A stretch of DNA of 62,786 nt, counting the filler. It is 7 parts of 7 records of this genome, joined end to end, with 100 filler letters (N's around TTAATTAATTAA, not from the genome) between each part and the next. Parts side by side here need not be neighbours in the genome. Positions count along the whole stretch, not along the records: positions 17,015 to 28,438 come from SRR31147125_3356; positions 28,539 to 35,777 come from SRR31147125_3410; 5 more parts are not named here. One strand, 5' to 3'. Both the position numbers and the translations under genes were made by a program. The notes beneath the pieces are model-generated. The model ran no database searches. It had not been told where the DNA came from and saw only the letters and a program-made list of their open reading frames with translations. Of the stretch, positions 22,801-34,341 are shown piece after piece (position 1 is the stretch's first letter; the number at the start of each line of letters is the position of its first letter).

Positions 22801-23907
22801 AACCAGAGGTTCACGAATGTATGGAACTGTAAAATTGAGAAACTCCTTTCTCTCCTCTGTTTCTACAGCAATGAATAGTAAATCAACCTTACCAGTTTTA
22901 ACATTATTCAGAGATTCCTTCCAGCTTTTGGTGGGAACAAACTGAAACTTAATATTTGTTTTTTTAGAGATTAGTTTAAGAATGTCGTTTGCTACACCTC
23001 TATGTTGATTATTTTCATCATTCCATTCAAAAGGTGGTGAAGATGGTAAACCGGAATATTTGATGATTTTTTTATTTTTAAGGTATATTTTCTCCTCTTT
23101 AGTTAGAGTTTGGTTTAATCTTTCGTCACCCACTTCTTCCAGAAAACCTAAACCAATCAAATCTCATTTTCTCTCTTTTTTCAGTTGGAATAGATGAGAT
23201 AACTTTATTAAAAATAGATTTTAATTCTGGCCAGTCACTTCTAATCGCAAAAACTGTTTCCAGCTTTTCATCTAACTTTGTAAATGGTTTAATGTACTCT
23301 CCAAGTCCGATTTTTCCAGCTATATAAAATGCTGATTCACCAGCAATGAAAAAATCATTCTCTTCATATACAATACTTTGAACAGCCTTTTTATGGTTTT
23401 TATAGAATTTTAGCTTAGTATCTTTAAACTGTGTAGTTAAATTAGAATAAAAGCTCATATTTTGAATAACAGCAGCATTCTTATTCTCCAAGTCACTAAG
23501 ATTATTTATTTTTGTAGGATTATTATACTTAATAATTACAAAATTGTTGATATAATTATATGGTATAGTAAAAGTGAATGATAAATCTTCATAACTTTTA
23601 GAAGTATGAAGTAAACCATCAATCTCTCTGCTTTTAGCTTTTTCTAAAATATCTGGCCAATTATCTAAAACAATATTTATTTTTAAACCTGTTTCTTTTT
23701 CTATTAGTTTAAGAATCTCAGCATCATATCCAATGATTTCACCTTTGTAATTTTCATATACCCAAGGCTCAAAATTACCATCTCCACCGATTGTAATTTC
23801 AGGATGAATTTTAACAAACGCTTTCTCTCTTTCAGTTAACTCTAAGGCCTGAAGGTTTGAAAAATAGTATAAAAAATTATGAGGGATAATAATTTTAATG
23901 CTTTCAT
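19865..23907 (-). CDS. Large sensor histidine kinase (two periplasmic SBP_bac_3 domains, TM, two GAF, PAS, HisKA, HATPase), reconstructed across three homopolymer frameshifts
   Basis: ATG at 23907 after AAGGAG. Frames join near 23871-23876, 23151-23153 and 19895-19900. Motifs LTEREK, PPFEW, VAHEINTP, NLIHNALQAM, DSGAGI, FEPFFTTK, GTGLGL. Confidence 0.85.
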
Positions 23908-24014
23908 AAATTTCTCCTTAGGAAAGATTTTAAAAAAAAGATTAGTGTACTCACTAATCCTTTTTAGTTCCATATTAATTAAATAAATAAATAATTACAA
24001 AATAGCAATAAATA

Positions 24015-25319
24015 TTAAGCATCAAATTTTATATTATTTCTCCCATTTTCTTTTGCTAGATAAAGGAGCTTATCAGCTTTGGCATAGAAATAATCCAAAT
24101 CAGTTTTATCATTTGGTTCAATGCAAAGGGCACCAAAGGATGCAGTGATATATTTAGATGAAGGATTTGCTTCATGCGGGATTTTAAGAGTTTCGATACC
24201 CGCTCGCAACTCTTCGCAGTATTCAGGAAGTTTTGTACAGTTTAATTCCTTAATGATTATCGCGAACTCTTCTCCTCCTAGCCTTAATGCATGATAGTTA
24301 TCAGTCTTTAGCTTTGAGTTCAAAAATGTAGATATTGCGGTTAATGCAGTATCTCCTTTTTGATGTCCGTAAAGGTCGTTATACTGTTTAAATTTATCAA
24401 TATCCAGTAAAATGAAGCTAATGCCCTGCTGATTCTTTTTTGCTTCATTGATTATTCTAGGGAAGTGTTCATAAAAAAATCTTCTATTGTATAAGCCAGT
24501 CATTGGATCGATAACTAACATTTTTTCAATCTCTTTTTTATCAGTTATGTCATGCATTACAAGGTTATATTCATTGCGACTAGATGAAGAAAATGGAGTA
24601 CATGATGTGGCCATCCATTTTGTTTCACTATTTCGTTTTTTTACTTGTAGTTCACCCTTCCAGCTTTTGCCTTTTAAGCTATCTTCAAACATATATTTTA
24701 GATTTGAGTTTAATTCTTCTGGAATTAAAGTTTCAATATTATTATTTATAAAATCACAATTATCAAAAAACATAGAAAATGCTTTACTGTAGCTAATGAT
24801 ATTAAAGTTTTTATCAGTAGTTATGTTTATTACGTGTTCATTGATAATACCAAGTGATTCACTTAGTTGTTTTGTTCTTTCCTTTATCTTTTTTTCCAAT
24901 TCATGAGTATGAGCTTTAATCTTTTGTTCATTCTCATAACTTTTTAGAGCTTCTTTTATTGTTAAAGTTAAATCACTATTTTCCCATGGTTTTGAGATAT
25001 ATCTATATAAGTTCGCTTTATTTACAGCATTTTCAACAGCAGCGAGATCAGCTTGTCCTGTTAGCATAATTTTTGCTTCAGGAAACTCTTCGTTTACACT
25101 AATTAAAAGTTGGTCCCCTTTTGTTCCAGGCATAATATAATCGCTAATAATTAACGCTAAAGTTACTCCGTCCTCTTTAAATTCTTCTAATATTTCAAAA
25201 ACTTCGTTACTACTTTGAGCAAATTCAACTATATATGAATCAAAATTTCTCATAAAGATATTTTTAATACTCTCTATGACTATTTTTTCATCATCAACAC
25301 ATATTATTCCAGTAGACAT
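24015..25319 (-). CDS. Response regulator-PAS-GGDEF diguanylate cyclase
   Basis: CVDDE, ISDYIMP, MLTGQAD, KPW, DPMTGLYNRR, DIDKFK.YND.YGH, RLGGEEF. Confidence 0.92.
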   Translation of the reverse strand: MSTGIICVDDEKIVIESIKNIFMRNFDSYIVEFAQSSNEVFEILEEFKEDGVTLALIISDYIMPGTKGDQLLISVNEEFPEAKIMLTGQADLAAVENAVNKANLYRYISKPWENSDLTLTIKEALKSYENEQKIKAHTHELEKKIKERTKQLSESLGIINEHVINITTDKNFNIISYSKAFSMFFDNCDFINNNIETLIPEELNSNLKYMFEDSLKGKSWKGELQVKKRNSETKWMATSCTPFSSSSRNEYNLVMHDITDKKEIEKMLVIDPMTGLYNRRFFYEHFPRIINEAKKNQQGISFILLDIDKFKQYNDLYGHQKGDTALTAISTFLNSKLKTDNYHALRLGGEEFAIIIKELNCTKLPEYCEELRAGIETLKIPHEANPSSKYITASFGALCIEPNDKTDLDYFYAKADKLLYLAKENGRNNIKFDA

Positions 25320-25695
25320 TAATCTCACCCCCTTTTAGAATATATCTCAGTGATTCAATAAAGATATTTAAGTTATTATTAAATAGAAGCGTGCAAATAA
25401 ATATGATTTTCATCAGTATTTTTATCCCACATTATACAATTTTTGAATTTAAAAATCTAGAAAAAAATTTATTGAATTTGCAAGGATTATATGCATTTTG
25501 GGTGAAATGAATCAAGCTACAGAAATTGAAATTCATAACTGATAAAAAATTATATAAAAAAATAGGTTAACAAAAAGTTTTTGATATAAAATTTAGTTTA
25601 AAATAAATTTTTACAAACTAAAAATTCTTAAACTAAATTCTCCAATATGATCACTTTTAGATTAACCTATTATTATTTATATTGTATTTTTACAG

Positions 25696-27128
25696 CTAAT
25701 GTTGTTTGTTTAGTATATTATATTTGTTTTTTCCACTTCGTTTTGCTTCATACAAAGCTAAATCTGCATTTTTAATTAATTCTTTGAAGTTAGAACCATG
25801 TTCAGGATAAATTGCAACTCCAAGACTAAAGGTTGGGTTAAGGACAAATTCGTCAAACTCTATCTCATGTTTATTTGCCTCAATAACTCTCTCTACAATG
25901 TGTTCGCATTGTTCAACTGTTATAAAATTCGTGATGAGCATTACAAATTCATCTCCACCTATTCTAGAGATAGTATCATACTCCCTAAGTGAATGTGTAG
26001 ACCTGCTGGCAATCATTTTTAGTACTTCATCTCCAATGGGATGACCAAATTTATCATTTATTTGTTTGAAATCGTCCAAATCAAGTACGCAGATAGCGAG
26101 CTTAGTTTCATTTCTTTTTGCAAAATGAATAGAGTTTTCAACTCTATCTTGCAATAGCCTTCTATTTGGCAAATTAGTTAGAGAATCATGGACTGCTAAA
26201 ATTTCAGCTTTCTCTTTTTCAGCTTTTAACTTATCTTTTTCAGATTCGAGTTCCTTTAGTAGTTTTCTTTCTTTTGTTACATCAGAAAAAATAACTGCAA
26301 ACTTATTTTTTTCTGTATAAAATGCATAACAACTAAAATACTTATTAAGCTCTTGCGAATAATTTTCAAAATGTAAGGGTTCTTTTGTTAATACTACATT
26401 TCCATATGCTTCTATCCAGTATCTTTCAGTATCTGGCATAACCTCTAATACAGTTTTTTCTACAATTTTCTCTTTTTTTAAACCAGTTAGTTTTTCAAAA
26501 TATGGATTAACTGCAATAAATTTATAATCAATAGGGTCACCGTTCTCATCAAAAATCATCTCATGAAGAGCAAAACCCTCCAACATATTTTCAAATAAAC
26601 CTTGATATCTCTTCTCACCATTAAATACTATTATCAAAAGCATAGAGATAGCAAAGAGAGCAATTAATAAAACAGCAATGATTAAAAAATTTAGCATATT
26701 AGCTTTTTTTCTGTTCTGATCTCGTCTGTTACATCTCTTATAGTTGAAACTAAAACCAAACGATCTTTCCAGTACATTCTATAAGAATTCACATATACGT
26801 CCCGAATTGAGTTATCAGTTAGTCTGTGTTTAAAATGGAAATAATTTTGTTCCCCTTTATTAACCTTAGACATTTCAAAGTTAGTCTCTTTTTCCGAGAG
26901 AGTGTTAATATCAGAAATTTTTATATTTTTTAGGTTATTATAACCATAAAATTTAATTGCTCCGTCACTATATTCGATAATTTCGCCGTTATCTGGATTA
27001 ATTATCAAAATAATTGAGCTCTCATCCTTTAACTCGTTAACTTTAAAATGGATATTATCATTCGAGTTGGAATAAGAAATTAAATTTATAAGGATAAAAA
27101 AGAGCGTTAAAAGCATATATTTCTTCAT
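25696..27128 (-). CDS. Membrane PAS-PAS-GGDEF diguanylate cyclase, frameshifted near 26704-26710 (ORFs 26691..27128 and 25696..26697)
   Basis: Signal peptide and PAS domain, TM, PAS, HDSLTNLPNR, REYD I-site, RIGGDEF. The break is at a 7-nt homopolymer. Confidence 0.85.
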
Positions 27129-27291
27129 AAGTCCACCTCACTTTATATTTTTTTAAATATAAAATATTATAAATATGTAATATATTTTTCAAAAGAAAAA
27201 GATTATTTCCTTTATTTTAAAAAGTGAAATAGAAAAATAAAAAACTTTGTTATATTAAAAAATAGAACAAAGTTTTTAGATGAATATTATA

Positions 27292-27858
27292 TTATTTTAT
27301 ACACATATTAATAAAGTATTGATGAACTCTTTTATCATCACTTATTTCCGGATGAAAGGAAGTAACAAGCATATTATTTTGCTTAGCTGCAACAATATGT
27401 CCTTCTACTTTTGCTAATATTTCAACATTATTTCCTACTTCTTCTATATAGGGAGCTCTAATAAAGGTCATCTTTATATCATCAGCAATATGTTTAACAG
27501 GTGCTTCACAGTAAAAACTGCCTAACTGTCTGCCATATGCATTTCTTAGAACTTTTATATCCATTAGAGGAAGGTGCAACTTATCATCATTAATTATCTC
27601 TTTTGCAAGTAAAATCATACCAGCACAAGTACCAAAAACAGCTAAGCCGTTTTTTATTTTATCCACTATTAAATCAGTTAAATTAAACTCAACTAGAAGT
27701 TTACCTATAGCAGTACTCTCCCCACCAGGTAAAATAAGTCCGTCTATTCCTTCGAAATCTTCAGCAGTTCTAATCTCTATTGCTTCCTCGCCGAGAGCTC
27801 TAATTACAGCTATATGTTCTCTAAAAGCTCCTTGTAGAGCTAATACACCAATCTTCAT
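27292..27858 (-). CDS. pdxT: PLP synthase glutaminase subunit
   Basis: [43 protein letters not shown]. Confidence 0.96.
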   Translation of the reverse strand: MKIGVLALQGAFREHIAVIRALGEEAIEIRTAEDFEGIDGLILPGGESTAIGKLLVEFNLTDLIVDKIKNGLAVFGTCAGMILLAKEIINDDKLHLPLMDIKVLRNAYGRQLGSFYCEAPVKHIADDIKMTFIRAPYIEEVGNNVEILAKVEGHIVAAKQNNMLVTSFHPEISDDKRVHQYFINMCIK

Positions 27859-27859
27859 T

Positions 27860-28438
27860 TTACCAACCTCTTTCGGCCATTTTATCCTCTTCATTTAGAG
27901 TGTGAATTCCTATTCCAACCATTGCTTCCCAAGGTCTTCTGATACTTCTGCTAATACTTTAGGATTATCATAATGAGTCACAGCTTTTACAATTGCAGCA
28001 GCTCTTTTTTTAGGATCACCGGATTTGAATATCCCAGAACCAACGAACACTCCGTCACAACCTAATTGCATCATCATAGCAGCATCAGCAGGTGTAGCAA
28101 CCCCTCCAGCTGCAAAGTTAACTACAGGTAGTTTTCCATTTTCATGTACATATTTTACTAAATCAATAGGTGCACCTAACTCTTTAGCTGTATTATATAG
28201 TTCATCTGTTGTAAGTGATTCTATTCTTCTAATTTCACCACTCATCATTCTCATATGTTTAACTGCCTCAACTACGTCACCTGTTCCCGGCTCACCTTTT
28301 GTTCTAATCATTGATGCGCCTTCTGCGATTCGTCTTAGTGCTTCCCCTAGATTTTTAGCACCACATACAAAGGGAACATTAAATTTTGATTTATCAATAT
28401 GAAGTTTATCATCAGCAGGTGTTAATACTTCACTTTCA
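27860..28438 (-). CDS. pdxS: PLP synthase lyase subunit, 5' truncated, frameshifted near 27928
   Basis: [43 protein letters not shown]. One extra G restores LGEAMVGI...MAERGW*. Confidence 0.95.
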
Positions 28439-28538
28439 NNNNNNNNNNNNNNNNNNNNNNNNNNNNNNNNNNNNNNNNNNNNTTAATTAATTAANNNNNN
28501 NNNNNNNNNNNNNNNNNNNNNNNNNNNNNNNNNNNNNN
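28439..28538. other. Artificial contig spacer
   Basis: N44-TTAATTAATTAA-N44. Confidence 0.98.
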
Positions 28539-29103
28539 TCCCGCCAGGAACATGCGGGAATGACATTTCTTGTGGATACAATGTGTGGGGGCGTACCACC
28601 TACATTCCATCCCAAATCCAAACTGTAATATATACATACCCAAAGAAGGGAATGACATTTCTTTCTTTATAGGCACCTGCGTTCTGGAAAGGTTCACTGT
28701 ATAGGAGATGATCAAGAATGAACTGTTTGTCTGGCTCTTTTATCGACATGGTTTATTTTACTCTTTTCAGGACAATCAAAAATTTATATTTTGGTATGAC
28801 ATGGATATTGTAAGCTTAAACGAGATTTTTGGTTTTGAAAAAAAGTGTCCATCAACTTGAATTATATAAATAATATATATATTTTGTATTCAAAAATAAA
28901 TCCCTTTTAAGGATTCGATTTCCGCAGCATTAACTGTGAATTTAACAGTTATTATCTGGTAATTTGTCAAAAAAATGGTCAGATTGTATAGATTAAATAA
29001 CAAAGTTTATTTGAATAATAAATTTCCAAAAATAAAAAAAGATTTTATTCCGCTGAATATTTATAAATTGTTGATATTTAGATGAAGATATGGAGATATA
29101 TTA

Positions 29104-30246
29104 ATGAGTGCTGAAAAATTTGACGCAAATCTCAGAGACTCTCAGGGGACGCCTGTTCAACCTGTTGCGCCGGAAAATTTTGATTTTGAAAAGTATCAGG
29201 AATATGAATTGTTTTTACTTGAAGAGAATAAAAAGTTTATTGAGGCAGAGACGGGCGTGGCTGTTTACCGGCGATTTCGTGTGCCAGAGGTATTTGCCGA
29301 TGGTTGCCGTGATATGAAGCATTCCTTAATGATGCAGCTTGGGGCATTACAGGCGAGTATGGAGTACAAAGCGGACATTGCCAACTTTTTAGAGCCATGG
29401 TATGGAATCGGTACAGTGGCCTCGTCGTTTGGTGTTGACTATATTTGGGAACCGGGTCAGGCTCCTGCCATGAAACCTCCATTTAAAAGTGTGGATGAGG
29501 CTTTAAAACAAGATCTGATCCCTGTCGAAGAAACCGCCATAGGCAAACATACACTTGACATGATCGATTACTTTATGGAACAGTCACAAGGCCAATTGCC
29601 CATGTCTCCAACAGACACCCAGGCAGCCTTGAATGCCGCTTCCTTTTTAATGGATACCAATACGTTTTTTACGGAAATGATTATGAATCCCGATGGTATG
29701 AAGGAATTACTTTGTCGCATAACAGATATGACAATCGATTTTACAAAAAAGCAGGCTGATCGGATAGGTGAAGTTATGGTCTTACCCGGCCATGGATTTG
29801 CCAGCAGTCGGGTATTTTCCGGACTCGGTATGAGCAGTGATATCATTTCCATGATTTCCAATGAGCATTATATCGAATTTGAAGCCCCCAACCTACAGCG
29901 AGCCGGACACTTTTTTGGTGGAGCTGTTTTTCATTCCTGTGGTAACTGGTCTGGGAAAATCGACGGTGTCAAAAGCGTGAATAATCTGGTGTCAATTGAT
30001 GCGGCTTTCAGTGCCCAAACCGATCCGGATCCAAATCCGTGCGAACCGTTTGCCGATCAATTTGCCAATACTGGTATTATTGTGAACGCACGTATTGTGG
30101 GTGATGAAAATACTATCGTCGATAAAGTGGAAAATTTATGGCAACCGGGTATGAAATTGATTGTGGTGACCTACTGTGCAACACCTGAAGAACAGGCTCA
30201 GGTATATGACAGAATTCATTCTGTTTGCGGGGGATGTGCATGCTAG
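29104..30246 (+). CDS. Uroporphyrinogen decarboxylase / MtaA-CmuA methyltransferase superfamily protein
   Basis: LEPWYGIGT.AS.FG, TDTQ, P..MKELL..ITD, FHSCG motif. Confidence 0.7.
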   Translation: MSAEKFDANLRDSQGTPVQPVAPENFDFEKYQEYELFLLEENKKFIEAETGVAVYRRFRVPEVFADGCRDMKHSLMMQLGALQASMEYKADIANFLEPWYGIGTVASSFGVDYIWEPGQAPAMKPPFKSVDEALKQDLIPVEETAIGKHTLDMIDYFMEQSQGQLPMSPTDTQAALNAASFLMDTNTFFTEMIMNPDGMKELLCRITDMTIDFTKKQADRIGEVMVLPGHGFASSRVFSGLGMSSDIISMISNEHYIEFEAPNLQRAGHFFGGAVFHSCGNWSGKIDGVKSVNNLVSIDAAFSAQTDPDPNPCEPFADQFANTGIIVNARIVGDENTIVDKVENLWQPGMKLIVVTYCATPEEQAQVYDRIHSVCGGCAC

Positions 30247-32159
30247 GTTTACATGTATTAGACGTTTTAGCGATCGTTCTCTATTTTGGTATCGTCATCG
30301 GAATTGGTGTTATGGCCAACCGGCGGGTCAAAAACGAAGAAGATTATTTCATGGGTGGCCGCAAGTTTGGCAAGTTTGTGTCGGTTTTTCTTTCTTTTGG
30401 AGTTGGAACCAGTTCGGATACAGCTATTTCTGCCTCGCGTGAAACCTTTCGGATGGGTATGTCCGGTATCTGGGTACAACTTTTATGGTTATTCATTACA
30501 CCATTCTACTGGATCGTTGCACCATGGTATCGGCGACTGCGGGTTCTCACAGGTGGAGATTATTTTCAGCAACGTTTCAGGAATAATACGCTGACAGGTT
30601 TGTATGTTGTGGTTGGATTGCTTTATCTGATGTTTTACATTGCCATAGGGCTTACAGCGATTGGAAAAACAGTCGAAATCGTGACCATCAAGCCGGAATC
30701 AGGGCTGACACAGATCGAGCGGAACAATGTTGCGCTGTATTCGGAATATAAAGAACTTTCCACAAAGGATAAAAATCTCGCCAGCCTGGAACAACAACGA
30801 TTGACCGAACTGGAGCCGCTGGTCGAATCCGGTGAAATCAGGGCGTATTATTCCTATTTGAATACCAGATCCTCAGTACCGGTGATTGCTCTTATTATTC
30901 TAATTTACGGTGTGTTGGGTGGATTGTTTGCGGCTGCCTGGACGGATTCGCTTCAGGGTGTACTGATTTTGGTGCTGTCATTTCTTCTTTTGCCAGTGGG
31001 CTTGCAACAGGTTGGCTGGTTTTCCGGTCTTCATCTTGCCGCTCCAGAATATATGTTTAAAATAATTGGCTCAGAGGCAACCAGTGAATATACCTGGCAT
31101 TATATCCTCGCACTTACACTTATGAATCTGGTGGGTGTGGTAGCACAGCCGCATATTTTCGCCACAGGAGGCGGGGGCGCCAAAGACGAACTGACCGCCA
31201 GAATTGGCCTGGTGTTTGGAAATTATCTCAAACGATTCACCACCATTTTGTGGGGATTTACCGGCGTTGTTGCATTTGTGCTTTTTGGTGATTTGGTCAG
31301 CGATCCGGATATGATCTGGGGTTATGCTACCAGTCAATTACTTGGACCGGGATTTGTCGGATTGATGATTGCCTGCCTGCTGGCCGCAGCCATGTCAAGT
31401 GCGGACGCGTTTATGATTTGTGGCTCCGCACTATTTACCCATAATTTGTACCGCCCGCTTTTTCCGAACAAAAACGATAAACACTATGTGCTTGTCGGAC
31501 GCGTGGTTTCTGCCGGTATGATACTGGGCGCTATTGCGCTTAGTTTGTACTTTAATAATGTGCTGAGCCTGATAAAATATATCTGGCAGTTACCAGTTAT
31601 TTTTGGGGCGGTTTTCTGGGTCAGTGTGATTTGGCGGCGGGTGACCACTCCGGCTGCTTTAATTACAGTGGTTTATTCCTGGATCATGATTGTCATGTTG
31701 CCAAATATATTACCACAAATTAACTGGATTCAGGGCCACGAGTATGCCCGCTATTTGGCTTTTCCTAACCTGCTTGTCTTACATGCTCTTGGTGTTAATC
31801 TCGGACAGATTTCTCATTCTATGTTGATGACCATGACCTTTCTGTTGGATATTATTATACCATTTTTTCTTCTCTTTGTTCTCAGTCAGTTCAGTCCGGC
31901 ACCGGACAAGACGGCAATTCAGTCTGTTTTTGCCCGTTTGAGAACTCCGGTATCCCTCAATCCGGGTCATGATGAAGAATTAATCAGAAAATATGAAGAC
32001 GATCCACATGCATACGATTCAAAAAAACTGTTTCCGAACAGTAACTGGGAGATTATGAAAGCGGATCGAGTGACTGTTTTGGGATTTTTCGGGTGTTTCG
32101 CTATTGCTATAGCTGTGCTTGGATTTGCCGTGTTGATAGGAAATGTGTCATGGCCTTAA
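30240..32159 (+). CDS. Sodium:solute symporter (SSS family)
   Basis: EDYFMGGRKFG, GGLFAAAWTDSLQG, LLAAAMSS.D, about 14 TM segments. The ATG at 30240 overlaps the upstream stop. Confidence 0.9.
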   Translation: MLGLHVLDVLAIVLYFGIVIGIGVMANRRVKNEEDYFMGGRKFGKFVSVFLSFGVGTSSDTAISASRETFRMGMSGIWVQLLWLFITPFYWIVAPWYRRLRVLTGGDYFQQRFRNNTLTGLYVVVGLLYLMFYIAIGLTAIGKTVEIVTIKPESGLTQIERNNVALYSEYKELSTKDKNLASLEQQRLTELEPLVESGEIRAYYSYLNTRSSVPVIALIILIYGVLGGLFAAAWTDSLQGVLILVLSFLLLPVGLQQVGWFSGLHLAAPEYMFKIIGSEATSEYTWHYILALTLMNLVGVVAQPHIFATGGGGAKDELTARIGLVFGNYLKRFTTILWGFTGVVAFVLFGDLVSDPDMIWGYATSQLLGPGFVGLMIACLLAAAMSSADAFMICGSALFTHNLYRPLFPNKNDKHYVLVGRVVSAGMILGAIALSLYFNNVLSLIKYIWQLPVIFGAVFWVSVIWRRVTTPAALITVVYSWIMIVMLPNILPQINWIQGHEYARYLAFPNLLVLHALGVNLGQISHSMLMTMTFLLDIIIPFFLLFVLSQFSPAPDKTAIQSVFARLRTPVSLNPGHDEELIRKYEDDPHAYDSKKLFPNSNWEIMKADRVTVLGFFGCFAIAIAVLGFAVLIGNVSWP

Positions 32160-32411
32160 TGAGTGAGATAAAAGAATGCACTATACCTGATGGATCATAG
32201 ACCAGGGAACACTCGATGATAAAAGGTGGATGAGGTTACATTTTAGATAGGAGCTAAATAGTTATTTCACCAAACAAAGCGTTTTAACTACAATAGGAAA
32301 AAAGGTTGTCCCCCTTATCAAGGGATACAGGGGGTGTTTAGCTTTCAACTCAATTATCCTAAAAATATTGAACCTTGATTTGCCTGCTTGACTGGTCACG
32401 AATTAATTAAT

Positions 32412-33116
32412 TTAAAGCCGTTTAATTCTAATATTCCGAAAAGCGGCACCACCACCATGGTCCTGAATCAGAATATGACCTTGTTTTACAGTGCCAAAAT
32501 TGGGGCGATTCCTGAATTTGCTTTGTGAAAGAGCCTCTTTATAATTGCTGCTTTCCCGGTCGAATTCAAGAACTTTAATTCCATTAAGCCAGTGTTGTAC
32601 GATGTTGTCATTTACCACAATACGACCGGAATTCCATTCACCAGGCGCAGCACGTTTTCGGTTTTGTGACGGTAATATGTCATATAAATCAGCAGTACGT
32701 TTTTTATCGTTCTGCTTGCGGCCCTCACCAAGGATCTGATATTCATGGCCAATCTTGGTTCCTGTTTGTACAAAATACTTGATTCCACTGTTCGAATGGC
32801 TTTTCATTTTAAATTCAAATCTCAGATCAAAATTGTCATATTGCAAAAGTGTCGTAATATCAATATGATGACGGTGTTGGCGTTCATCTCCCTGTAAAAT
32901 GCTCAGCTCGCCATTTTTTATACTCCAGCATCCATAGGGAAAATCTTTTACATTCTCATCTCTCCAGGCAGATACAGATGTGCCGTCAAAGAGATACGTC
33001 CACCCCTCTTTTATTTCTTTTTCACTCAGATGTTGATGTTGGTCCATTTGTGGATATGCAAAGTGTGTTGATAATAATACCACCAACAAAATTGTATTGT
33101 AATTTAGAGTTTTCAT
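32412..33116 (-). CDS. DUF1080 / 3-keto-disaccharide hydrolase family protein
   Basis: GW..LFDG, NFDLRFEFK, NSGIKY, EYQI, GEWN, HWLNG, GHILIQDHG, FRNIRIK. Confidence 0.9.
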   Translation of the reverse strand: MKTLNYNTILLVVLLSTHFAYPQMDQHQHLSEKEIKEGWTYLFDGTSVSAWRDENVKDFPYGCWSIKNGELSILQGDERQHRHHIDITTLLQYDNFDLRFEFKMKSHSNSGIKYFVQTGTKIGHEYQILGEGRKQNDKKRTADLYDILPSQNRKRAAPGEWNSGRIVVNDNIVQHWLNGIKVLEFDRESSNYKEALSQSKFRNRPNFGTVKQGHILIQDHGGGAAFRNIRIKRL

Positions 33117-33164
33117 ATCAAAAACGGTCTTTCCTCGTTACATTTAAAAATTATAGATATGTTT

Positions 33165-34064
33165 TTAAAACTGATACCTGATATTTAAACCAACAGACCG
33201 TGTGGGACCCATCACTGTTGGTGATACGTGCATTTTCCGGTTTTCATGCAGTTTGATGATGGTTTTGGCAACAGCAGTTCCGAATATGGCACCGATAAAG
33301 ACGTCTGTTGCCCAATGTAGATTGGCGTCCATGCGTTGAATGCCAACAGACGATGCCAATCCATAGGAAACAATTGTAAATGGTAAATAATTGATATGAT
33401 GTGATAGTATCGTCGCTACCTGAAACGCATTTGATGTATGACCGGATGGAAAAGAGTAACCTGTATTAAATTTAAAGTATCGGGGCCCCTGGAAAACAGA
33501 AGGTCTGGCTCTTCCTATAACTTGTCCCGCAGCATTTTTGATAGTCGACGCAATAGAAAGTGAAACAAGGATTTGAAAAGACGCGTCCCGTAAAGGCTCA
33601 TATCCTGTTACAAGCCCGGTTGCCAGGCCAACGAAACAGTAGGGATTCATTTTTTCAATTTGTCCCATAGGTTCAAAATCTTTACCTTTACGGGCAATAA
33701 ACTTGTGCACCTGATTATCACGACTGCGGCGGACACCGTCTATAATCTCCTGATCGTAGATATAAAGGATGCCAGTCATGAGCGCAATGCCTCCTGCACG
33801 ATAGGCATTTTTTTTGCTTATACGGGCTGGTGAAGAAAGAATATACCAGAAATCGCTGACATAATTCTTTACTGCTTGCCCCAGGATTGTCGGAATACTT
33901 TTTAATATATGTGAACTGTCTTGTTTGGCAACGTTATTATAATAGAACATGCTGTTCATGTGGTCATGATAATCAAAAGGATTTTTTTGACAGATGCCGT
34001 TATTTACAGTATAGAATAATAAGAATAATGATAAGAGAATCCATTTCTGCATAAAAAGGTCCAT
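33165..34064 (-). CDS. PAP2-family phosphatase
   Basis: K..GRARP, SFPSGH, R....HWATDV. Confidence 0.9.
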   Translation of the reverse strand: MDLFMQKWILLSLFLLFYTVNNGICQKNPFDYHDHMNSMFYYNNVAKQDSSHILKSIPTILGQAVKNYVSDFWYILSSPARISKKNAYRAGGIALMTGILYIYDQEIIDGVRRSRDNQVHKFIARKGKDFEPMGQIEKMNPYCFVGLATGLVTGYEPLRDASFQILVSLSIASTIKNAAGQVIGRARPSVFQGPRYFKFNTGYSFPSGHTSNAFQVATILSHHINYLPFTIVSYGLASSVGIQRMDANLHWATDVFIGAIFGTAVAKTIIKLHENRKMHVSPTVMGPTRSVGLNIRYQF

Positions 34065-34291
34065 TCAGTAAAGGAATTCAGACATTTGATGATTAAGGAA
34101 AATATTTTATGAATATTATAAACGAATTGCAAGCGAATTAAGAGTGTTGTAATACAGAGATATATTTTACAATTATCATAAAGATGTGGCCGACGTTTTC
34201 AACTAAAATGTCGGGTTTTATTGACAAAAAGAACGTGGTTTTTGTTGCTGCAAAGTAACGAGAGCGAAAAGAATGGTAGAAATGAGTAAAG

Positions 34292-34325
34292 GTGACGGAA
34301 AATATCAACAGATTTTTTCCGTCAC
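34292..34325 (-). terminator. Hairpin after the Gfo/Idh/MocA gene, probable terminator
   Basis: GTGACGGAAAA...TTTTCCGTCAC, 11-bp stem. Confidence 0.55.
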
Positions 34326-34341
34326 CTGGGATGTTTAAATA

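Noticed and set aside
29104-30246. URO-D protein as hemE belonging to the haem operon
   Set aside because: It lies on a different contig and lacks the HemE N-terminal MRQAGR motif.
32305-32340. CCCCTTATCAAGGG...GGGGGTG palindrome
   Set aside because: A single degenerate REP-like or terminator-like copy between convergent genes. Not enough support for an element call.
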